Positions 53,662 through 64,000 of a DNA stretch of 64,000 bases are shown here, piece after piece. Under the pieces are notes generated by a model, which was not told where the DNA came from, made no database searches, and was given only the letters and a program-made list of their open reading frames with translations. Made by a program: the position numbers and the translations under genes. Within the stretch, counting starts at the first letter, position 1. Each line of letters opens with the position of its first letter. Source of the DNA: Eledone cirrhosa (Eukaryota); contig OZ024747.1 in the NCBI GenBank assembly GCA_964016885.1, positions 48,050,001-48,114,000 on the forward strand. Direction: 5' to 3'.

Positions 53662-56600
53662 CATCATCATCATCATCATCATCAACGTTTAACGTCCGTG
53701 TTCCACGCTTGCATGGGTTTGGACAGGGGTAGTCCCACTTGAGGCAAGAGTGATTGTCTTGCTCGCATAGGACTGTCTGGCAGGTTTTCTACAGTTGGAT
53801 GCCCTTCCTAACACCAACCACATTTACAGTGTGGGTCTGGGAGGTTTTTACCGTGTTGCCTACACGGCCACATTACAGCGTGGACTGTGTGTTTTTTTGT
53901 CGTGACACCTACACGATCTCATTTGTTTCGGCCTCGATGGCGCGGCACCAACATAACTTTACATAGAACGGGGTGGTGTGGATGGGGTGGGACGGGGTGT
54001 ATTTTGTTAGAGATGCCTACTGGCTGGAGTAGGTTTTACTATATATTTAGGTAAGGCGGGTCTTCTCTGTTACTGAGTACCGCCAAAGGTCTCGGTCCAG
54101 TGACATTGTCTTGGAGAGGTGTAAGTGTGTGATGTCGGAGTTTATCAGCTCGTCCCAGGTTTTTCTAGGTCTGCCTATTCCGTGGCTACCGTCTATCTTT
54201 ATTGCCCTGCACTTTGTTATACAGCTATCGACTTTCATGCGCATCACGTGTCCATACCAACGTAGCCTTCTCTCGAGTAAACAACATCTGATCCCTCTTA
54301 TCTCTAATTTTTTCCTTAGTTCGTTTATGCTTTGCCGTTCACGTATATTACTGTTACACATCCAGCGGAGCATGCAAGCTTCGTTCCTCTCTAGTCTGCG
54401 TATATCCTCTGCACACAATGCCCAGGTCTCACTGCCATGCGGCATTGCTGTTCGTATGCAGGCATCGTACAACCTGCCTTTCATTTTTAGGGAGAACCCT
54501 TTAGCAGCTAATAGTGGTATAAGCTCTCTGAACTTTTTCCAACCAGTTCTGACTCTAGCTACAGTACTTTCAGAGCACCCTGCCCCACTGCTGATTTTAT
54601 CGCCCAGGTAACGGAAGCTGTCCACTATTTCTATAGAACCCTCTGCGCAATTGAAAGAGCTAGTATTTTGTGGGCACTTGCTGCTACTTATTGCACCAGA
54701 GCACCGGCCACATGTAAAATCTATGTTCTTAGTTAGCTTACCTGTGATCCCACTACATCTTTTATGCACCCATACTTTGCATTTAGGACATAAAATGGAG
54801 TTTCTACCTACGCCTTTCCTACACACCGAGCACGACCATTTCCCAGAAGGGACCGCCGCCTTGTTTTCTTTCCTACAAACTAGTACTTTGGTCTTAGCCA
54901 GGTTAATTTTAAGTCCTTTTGACTCTAGGCCGTGCTTCCATGTTTGGAATTTCTTCTCTAGCTCGGCCATTGATTCCGCTATGAGTGTCAGGTCGTCTGC
55001 GTATAGGAGTTCCCATGGGCAGCCTGTCTTGAACTCCTCTGTTATAGCCTGAAGGGCAATAATAAATAGTAGTGGGCTGAGAACAGAGCCCTGATGGACG
55101 CCAACTTTTACGCTAAACTCTTCACTATATTCGTTGTTAATTCTAACCTTGCTGACTGTTTCTTTATACATGGCTTGTATAGCCCTCACAAGCCATTCGT
55201 CAACGCCTAGTTTTCTAAGAGCCCACCAGATAATGGAGCGGGGGACTCTGTCGAAGGCTTTCTCCAAGTCGACAAAAGCTAAGTAGAGGGGTTTACCTTT
55301 AGCTAGGTACTTCTCCTGTAGTTGTCGTACTATGAAAAGAGCGTCTGTGGTACTTTTGCCTGACACAAACCCGAACTGCATTTCATCTAGGTCAATTCTC
55401 TCTCTGATTAGTTGCGCTATTACTTTTTCCGTGATCTTCATGACCTGGTCGATTAATTTAATGCCTCTACAGTTGCTCCTATCTAGGGCGTCTCCTTTAC
55501 CCTTATAACAGTTAACGATGATGCTGCTATGCCAGTCCTTCGGAACAACCCCATTCTGTACGACTTGGTTAACTATGCGGGTGACCATGGTGTGTCCCAC
55601 CGTGCCAGATGCCTTCAGCATCTCAGCAACTATTTCCGAAGGCCCAGCCGCCTTACCCGTCTTCATATCCTTGATTGCCTTACTTATTATACTCCCCTCG
55701 ACTAACAATGCTGGTCCCTCTATTGGGTCGATATGGGGGAGACTGTCTTTCTCCCATTTATTCTCCTCATTTAGTAGCCTTTCATAGTGACACTTCCAAG
55801 CTACCTTCTTATCAGCGTCGGTGATGGCAAGTGTGCCATCGTCGTTTAGTACACACTTCTCCCCGACAATATCACGGTTTTCCTTGACGCATTGCCTAGC
55901 AATCCTGAACACCTCACGTTTTTGGTCATCGCGTTGTAGAACATGCTTGAACTTTCTTTCCTCAGCTTCCCTTCTTGCTAAGTACACTTGTCTCCTAGCT
56001 TCCCTCCTGGCCACTTGATAGTCTTCTCTACTTCCCCCATCCCGCCATACTTTCCAAGCCTGCTTTTTGGCCTTAATTGACCCCTCCACCTTACTGTTCC
56101 ACCACCATGTTACTCTCCTCCTGCCTACAGGCCTGCTCCAGCCACAGACTTCGTCTGTTGCCAACAGCAGGTTTGCTTTCAGAAATTCCCACTCTCCCTC
56201 TATATTGTCCGACTCTAAATGTTCTTCCTTACTGTCGAAAGCATCAAGTAATATGCTTTGAAATTTATTCCTGGCTGTGGGGTCCTTTAGCTTCCATATT
56301 TTTCTCCTGAGGATAGTCCTCTTCTGCTGTCGAGTACGTCTCGTCCTGACTATGAGGTCGCTAATTATCAGTCTATGTTGGGAGGTGCATTCTTCATGGG
56401 GGAGGGATTTAGTGTTTACAACAGACACTCTGTCACGTCTTCTGGTAAGGATATAATCTACCTGGCTTGTGTGTTCCCCGGATCTATAGGTGATCAGGTG
56501 ATTGTCACGTTTTTTGAAGTTAGTGTTACAGATAGTTAGGTTATTTGCATCACAGAATTCCAGGATTCTGGAGCCTTCCTCATTTCTAGTACCAAACCCA

Positions 56601-57177
56601 TAGCCTCCATGGATTTCGTCGTAGCCGTCACAATGTTGTCCAACGTGACCATTTAGGTCGCCTGCGATAATTATATAGTCACTGTCGGATATTTGGGAGG
56701 TAGTTAGCATCAGTGTCTCATAGAATCTGTCTTTTATAGTGCCGGGCAGTCCGGATTGGGGTGCGTACGCAGATATTACTGTCACCGTAGTTCTATTGAG
56801 GACAAGTCGTATTTTAATTATTCTGTCGTTCACTCTATTTACGTCTATTATCTTATCTGCCCACTTTTCTGCTACCATGATTCCTACTCCACCCAGCCCA
56901 TCGTCGTTTCCCACCCAGAAAAGCTTATAACATCGTTTTTTACCCTCAATGAACCTAGCAGACCCACCCCTCCACCTGGTCTCTTGAATACAACAAACAT
57001 CGACCTCCTTACGTTCAAGCATTTCTACAACGTCGTTAGCGCGACCCTTTAGGGTGCCTACATTTATGGTACCAACTCTGAAGTTTTGGATTGCGTTTGG
57101 GGGTTGGGGGTGGTGGGGGGCGATGGGGTTATGTTAGCCGTCCGCGGTCGAAACAATGAGGAGTGCTCGCATTCTCG
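53662..57177 (-). mobile_element. Near-full-length young RTE family B LINE
   Basis: Intact ORF, structured 3' UTR of about 370 bp, (GAT)n tail, TA tracts on both sides. Confidence 0.96.
54047..57022 (-). CDS. RTE-clade ORF: AP endonuclease plus reverse transcriptase with inserted PHD-type finger (991 aa from the first ATG; frame stays open upstream through [11 protein letters not shown])
   Basis: CIQETRW, SAYAPQ, AGDLNGHVG, QVDY; [24 protein letters not shown]; CxxC-x-CxxCxxWVHKRC-x-CxxC; RLRWYGHV. Confidence 0.93.
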   Translation of the reverse strand: MLERKEVDVCCIQETRWRGGSARFIEGKKRCYKLFWVGNDDGLGGVGIMVAEKWADKIIDVNRVNDRIIKIRLVLNRTTVTVISAYAPQSGLPGTIKDRFYETLMLTTSQISDSDYIIIAGDLNGHVGQHCDGYDEIHGGYGFGTRNEEGSRILEFCDANNLTICNTNFKKRDNHLITYRSGEHTSQVDYILTRRRDRVSVVNTKSLPHEECTSQHRLIISDLIVRTRRTRQQKRTILRRKIWKLKDPTARNKFQSILLDAFDSKEEHLESDNIEGEWEFLKANLLLATDEVCGWSRPVGRRRVTWWWNSKVEGSIKAKKQAWKVWRDGGSREDYQVARREARRQVYLARREAEERKFKHVLQRDDQKREVFRIARQCVKENRDIVGEKCVLNDDGTLAITDADKKVAWKCHYERLLNEENKWEKDSLPHIDPIEGPALLVEGSIISKAIKDMKTGKAAGPSEIVAEMLKASGTVGHTMVTRIVNQVVQNGVVPKDWHSSIIVNCYKGKGDALDRSNCRGIKLIDQVMKITEKVIAQLIRERIDLDEMQFGFVSGKSTTDALFIVRQLQEKYLAKGKPLYLAFVDLEKAFDRVPRSIIWWALRKLGVDEWLVRAIQAMYKETVSKVRINNEYSEEFSVKVGVHQGSVLSPLLFIIALQAITEEFKTGCPWELLYADDLTLIAESMAELEKKFQTWKHGLESKGLKINLAKTKVLVCRKENKAAVPSGKWSCSVCRKGVGRNSILCPKCKVWVHKRCSGITGKLTKNIDFTCGRCSGAISSSKCPQNTSSFNCAEGSIEIVDSFRYLGDKISSGAGCSESTVARVRTGWKKFRELIPLLAAKGFSLKMKGRLYDACIRTAMPHGSETWALCAEDIRRLERNEACMLRWMCNSNIRERQSINELRKKLEIRGIRCCLLERRLRWYGHVMRMKVDSCITKCRAIKIDGSHGIGRPRKTWDELINSDITHLHLSKTMSLDRDLWRYSVTEKTRLT

Positions 57178-57188
57178 TATATATATAC

Positions 57189-57225
<37 letters not shown>

Positions 57226-57477
57226 CATACATATATATACATATATATATATATATACATACATTGTATATATATGTATATATGTATGTGTATATATATA
57301 TATGTTTGTATATATATGTATATATGCATGTGTATAAATATATGTTTGTATACATATATGTATATATGTATATGTATATATATTATATATATGTTTGTAT
57401 ATATATGTATATATGTATATGTATATATGTTTGTATATATATATTATATATATGTTTGTGTACAATATTGTACAATA

Positions 57478-59876
57478 TTGCAGTGGAGAAAACTCTACTC
57501 TCTGATCATGACATGGTTCTCTGTGATCTGAGATTCCACCGTCCAATATACAAACCCAATGTCATTTCTCCTGTCCATCCGTTTGACGCTATGGATTTCC
57601 ACAATGCAAACTGGGAAGCGATCAGTCATGATCTTGCACATGTCGACTGGTCCTTCACGCACACTCATACACCCACTAACATCAAAAAGTCCTGGCAGAC
57701 ATTTGTGGACACTGTTACAAACATATGTGCTAAACACACCCCATTAAGAACTATAAACAAATCTAAGAGCAGAATCCCTAGAAATAGAAAAACACTCATC
57801 AGAAAAATTAAGAGAACGAACAAAAAAATCAACAAGCTGAAATACTGTCAGCAGCAACACATCAACTTGACTGCCATTTCATCACTAGAGATTAAAAAAC
57901 ATAACCTCCAAAACAACATAATGTCCCTCATCAACAATCAGAGAAGAGCTGAAGAGGCCTGGGCCATTGAGAAGATCAAACTCAATCCCAAAGTGTTCTT
58001 TTCATTTGCAAAAAAACACAAAATCACTGGCTCTACTGTTGGCCCTCTAATTGATGAAAATGGCACTCTTCAAGACAATGCTAAAACCATGGGTGAGATA
58101 CTGCAGAAACAATACTGCTCTGTTTTCAGCAATCCTGATATGGCCGATCTGGGCTGTATCGGCGATGTTACTCCCCATTACACCTTATCGGACATAACGT
58201 TTGGCGCCCCTGATGTCTTGGCGGCAATAAAGGAAATCAAGCATAATTCAGCAGTAGGTCCCGATAGGTTCCCTGCTTGTGTCTTGAAGGCGTGTCAACA
58301 CCAACTTGCTTCTCCTCTTGCCAATCTGTGGCGGAACTCACTGGATGCTGGATATGTGCCAGAAAACCTTCTATCCCAGTCTGTTGTCCCAGTTTTCAAA
58401 AAGGGAAACAAATCCCTTGCCGTGAATTACCGTCCAATCTCACTCACCTCTCATATCATTAAGGTATTTGAGCGAGTGGTGAGATCGCGAATGACCCACT
58501 TCCTTGAGAGTAACAATATGCTGAACTCCAACCAGCATGGATTCCGTAATGGAAGGGATTGCCTGACGCAACTACTGCATCACTTTGATGACATTTTGAG
58601 AGCCTTGGGAGAGGGTTCCAACACTGATGTTATCTACCTTGATTTCAGCAAGGCCTTTGACAGGGTTGATCATAACATTCTACTGAGAAAGCTGTCCAAT
58701 ATTGGTGTCACTGGAAAGCTGCTGCAGTGGATCAAGAGCTTCCTGTCAAACAGAACCCAACATGTTGTAGTTGAGGGAGTCAAATCAAGCCCAGCCAAAG
58801 TCAGTAGTGGAGTCCCACAAGGCACTGTGTTGGGCCCACTTCTCTTCATCATCTATATTAATGACATCACTGACATCATCAAACACAGCAACATTAAAAT
58901 TTTCGCTGATGATTCCAAGCTCCAAAAGGTCATCAATGGCGTGGATGACCGGATAAGCCTTCAGTCAGACCTACTGGCTGTTACCCAATGGGCAGAAAAG
59001 AACAACATGTTACTGAACGAAGACAAATTCGAACTGATCCACTTTGGAAAAGAGGATGCTCTGAAACTCCCGTACTCCCTTCCCTCCGGGGAAACTCTCG
59101 TGGCATCTAACAACATCAGAGACTTGGGAGTAACCGTGGACAGCAACATAAGCTGGACCACGCATATAAGCAGCAAAGTTGACATGGCCCGCAGAATGTG
59201 TTCCTGGATCCTCAGAACCTTCCAGTCGAGAGATTCCCGCACCATTATCCTTCTCTTCTCTACTTTCGCCCGACCACACCTTGAATACTGTTGTCCACTG
59301 TGGTCTCCCCACACGAAACAAAGTATCATGAAACTTGAAGCTCCTCAAAGGGCAATCACGAAAAAGATAGATGGCATGTCAGACCTTGACTACTGGGGTC
59401 GATTGGAAAACCTGTAACTTTACTCACTCCAACGTCGCCGTGAGCGTTATATTATCTGCATGATGTGGAAAATGTTCCATCATCACTGCCCAAATGATGT
59501 TGGCATCGCCTTCAAGATACACCCAAGGCTTGGGCCCCGTGCTATCCGTCCCATTCAAAAATTTAAATCGCAACTCATAACAACAATACGGCACAATTAT
59601 TTCACCTCAATCGGCCCTGCTCTCTTCAACATCACACCAGGACACGTCAAAACAGAAACTGACCACACAAAATTCAAGAAGTCTTTGGACAAATTCCTCC
59701 AAGTAATCCCGGACAAACCACCCACACCCGGATATGTCTCCGCAAACAGTAATTCTCTTCTCGAATGGGCCATGGTGCCCAAATCCTGAATTGAAAGACT
59801 TCGCCAGGTGGTGCTATTAAGTTAGACATGGCCTGGGCCAATACTGGCCAAAACATTTCAAAGTTATTCAAAGTTA
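57478..59876 (+). mobile_element. 5'-truncated CR1/L2-group (Daphne-like) LINE with a single in-frame stop at 59415-59417
   Basis: [59 protein letters not shown]; ORF ends at 59789; tail (TTCAAAGTTA)x2. Confidence 0.9.
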
Positions 59877-60005
59877 TATATATATATACATATATATATA
59901 TACATATATACATATATATATATATACATACGTATATATACATACATATATATATACATACGTATATATACATACATATATATATACATACGTATATATA
60001 CATAC

Positions 60006-60042
<37 letters not shown>

Positions 60043-60078
60043 CATACATACATACATATATATATATACATACATATA

Positions 60079-60116
<38 letters not shown>

Positions 60117-60120
60117 CATA

Positions 60121-61814
60121 CATCATCATCATCAACATCATCAACGTTTAACGTCCGTGTTCCACGCTTGCATGGGTTTGGACGGGGGTAGTCCCACTTG
60201 AGGCAAGAGTGATTGTCTTGCTCGCATAGGACTGTCTGGCAGGTTTTCTACAGTTGGATGCCCTTCCTAACACCAACCACATTTACAGTGTGGGTCTGGG
60301 AGGTTTTTACCGTGTTGCCTACACGGCCACATTACAGCGTGGACTGTGTGTTTTTTTGTCGTGACACCTACACGATCTCATTTGTTTCGGCCTCGATGGC
60401 GCGGCACCAACATAACTTTACATAGAACGGGGTGGTGTGGATCGGGTGGGGGTGGTGGGACGGGGTGTATTTGTTAGAGATGCCTACTGGCTGGAGTAGG
60501 TTTTACTATATATTTAGGTAAGGCGGGTCTTCTCTGTTACTGAGTACCGCCAAAGGTCTCGGTCCAGTGACATTGTCTTGGAGAGGTGTAAGTGTGTGAT
60601 GTCGGAGTTTATCAGCTCGTCCCAGGTTTTTCTAGGTCTGCCTATTCCGTGACTACCGTCTATCTTTATTGCCCTGCACTTTGTTATACAGCTATCGACT
60701 TTCATGCGCATCACGTGTCCATACCAACGTAGCCTTCTCTCGAGTAAACAACATCTGATCCCTCTTATCTCTAATTTATTCCTTAGTTCGTTTATGCTTT
60801 GCCGTTCACGTATATTACTGTTACACATCCAGCGGAGCATGCAAGCTTCGTTCCTCTCTAGTCTGCGTATATCCTCTGCACACAATGCCCAGGTCTCACT
60901 GCCATGCAGCATTGCTGTTCGTATGCAGGCATCGTACAACCTGCCTTTCATTTTTAGTGAGAACCCTTTAGCAGCTAATAGTGGTATAAGCTCTCTGAAC
61001 TTTTTCCAACCAGTTCTGACTCTAGCTACAGTACTTTCAGAGCACCCTCCCCCACTGCTGATTTTATCGCCCAGGTAACGGAAGCTGTCCACTATTTCTA
61101 TAGAACCCTCTGCGCAATTGAAAGAGCTAGTAGTTTGTGGGCACTTGCTGCTACTTATTGCACCAGAGCACCGGCCACATGTAAAATCTATGTTCTTAGT
61201 TAGCCTACCTGTGATCCCACTACATCTTTTATGCACCCATACTTTGCATTTAGGACATAAAATGGAGTTTCTACCTACGCCTTTCCTACACACCGAGCAC
61301 GACCATTTCCCAGAAGGGACCGCCGCCTTGTTTTCTTTCCTACAAACTAGTACTTTGGTCTTAGCCAGGTTAATTTTAAGTCCTTTTGACTCTAGGCCGT
61401 GCTTCCATGTTTGGAATTTCTTCTCTAGCTCGGCCATTGATTCCGCTATGAGTGTCAGGTCGTCTGCGTATAGGAGTTCCCATGGGCAGCCTGTCTTGAA
61501 CTCCTCTGTTATGGCCTGAAGGGCAATAATAAATAGTAGTGGACTGAGAACAGAGCCCTGATGGACGCCGACTTTTACGCTAAACTCTTCACTATATTCG
61601 TTGTTAATTCTAACCTTGCTGACTGTTTCTTTATACATGGCTTGTATAGCCCTCACAAGCCATTCGTCAACGCCTAGTTTTCTAAGAGCCCACCAGATAA
61701 TGGAGCGGGGGACTCTGTCGAAGGCTTTCTCCAAGTCGACAAAAGCTAAGTAGAGGGGTTTACCTTTAGCTAGGTACTTCTCTTGTAGTTGTCGTACTAT
61801 GAAAAGAGCGTCTG

Positions 61815-61815
<1 letters not shown>
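60121..61815 (-). mobile_element. 5'-truncated young RTE family B LINE
   Basis: Open frame TDALFIVRQ...TEKTRLT, 3' UTR and tail. Confidence 0.96.
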
Positions 61816-62835
<1,020 letters not shown>

Positions 62836-63390
62836 AGTCGATAGATGTATAACAAAGTGCAGGGCAATAAAGATAGACGGTAGCCACGGAATAGGCAGAC
62901 CTAGAAAAACATGGGATGAGCTGATAAACTCCGACCTCACACACTTACACCTCCCCAAGACAATGTCACTGGACCGAGACCTTTGGCGGTACTCAGTAAC
63001 AGAGAAGACCCGCCTTGCCAGTAGGCATCTCTAACAAAATACACCCCGTCCCGCCACCACCCCCACCCCATCCACACCACCCCGTTCTATGTAAAGTTAT
63101 GTTGGTGCTGCGCCATCCAGGCCGAAACAAATGAGATCGTGTAGGTGTCACGACAAAAAAACACACAGTCCACGCTGTAATGTGGCCGTGTAGGCAACAC
63201 GGTAAAAACCTCCCAGACCCACACTGTAAATGTGGTTGGTGTTAGGAAGGGCATCCAACTGTAGAAAACCTGCCAGACAGTCCTATGCGAGCAAGACAAT
63301 CACTCTTGCCTCAAGTGGGACTACCCCCGTCCAAACCCATGCAAGCGTGGAACACGGACGTTAAACGTTGATGATGATGATGATGATGAT
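62836..63390 (+). mobile_element. 3' fragment of young RTE family B
   Basis: [12 protein letters not shown]...TEKTRL, with a short deletion across the normal stop; B 3' UTR and tail. Confidence 0.94.
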
Positions 63391-63513
63391 ATACATACAT
63401 ATATACATATACATATATATATATATACATACATATATACATATATATACATATATACATATATATATATACATACATATATACATATATATACATATAT
63501 ACATATATATACA

Positions 63514-63591
<78 letters not shown>

Positions 63592-64000
63592 CATATATAT
63601 ATATACATATATATATATACATATATATATATATACATATACATATACATATATACATATACATATACATATATACATATACATATATATATATATATAC
63701 ATATATATATACATATACATATATATATATACAAAACTCTGTATTCCGTTTATCTTTCACCGAAAGTGATTTTTGAATGCATCTCTTCTTTTCATGATAT
63801 CCGGATTACATTGAGTTCTTCATACGGATTGGACACTACCGTAAACTTTTGGTAGATTTATCTACATATATATATATACATACATATACACATATATATA
63901 TATACATACATATACACATATATATATATACATACATATACAGGTATATATACATACATATATATATATATACATACATATATACATATATATCCCCACT

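Overview
Eukaryotic, AT-rich, repeat-saturated genomic DNA, probably cephalopod (Octopus-like; inferred from the repeat content). The only host gene found is PPP1R10/PNUTS on the minus strand. It shows two canonical coding exons (30305-30405 and 21488-21574) that splice in frame to give the N-terminus, and they are flanked by very large introns. The rest is transposable element and microsatellite. There are three related RTE-clade LINE families (my labels A, B, C) that carry a PHD-type zinc finger inside the RT, a more distant RTE (D), a CR1/L2-group LINE, two tRNA-derived SINE families, a decayed piggyBac, Helitron derivatives, Penelope-like (GIY-YIG) remnants, and about 20 long (TA)n/(TACA)n tracts. 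The tracts generate all of the Tyr/Ile-rich 'ORFs', which are artefacts. The most interesting signals are RNA structures. Five type-I hammerhead ribozymes with intact cores and palindromic stem III sit in non-coding elements among the TA tracts, four of them in head-to-head arrangements, and two more hammerheads are degenerate. A covarying hairpin plus H-type pseudoknot module also recurs in an RTE 5' UTR, in tandem in RTE 3' UTRs and in SINE bodies. All calls were made by eye, with no database search or folding program.
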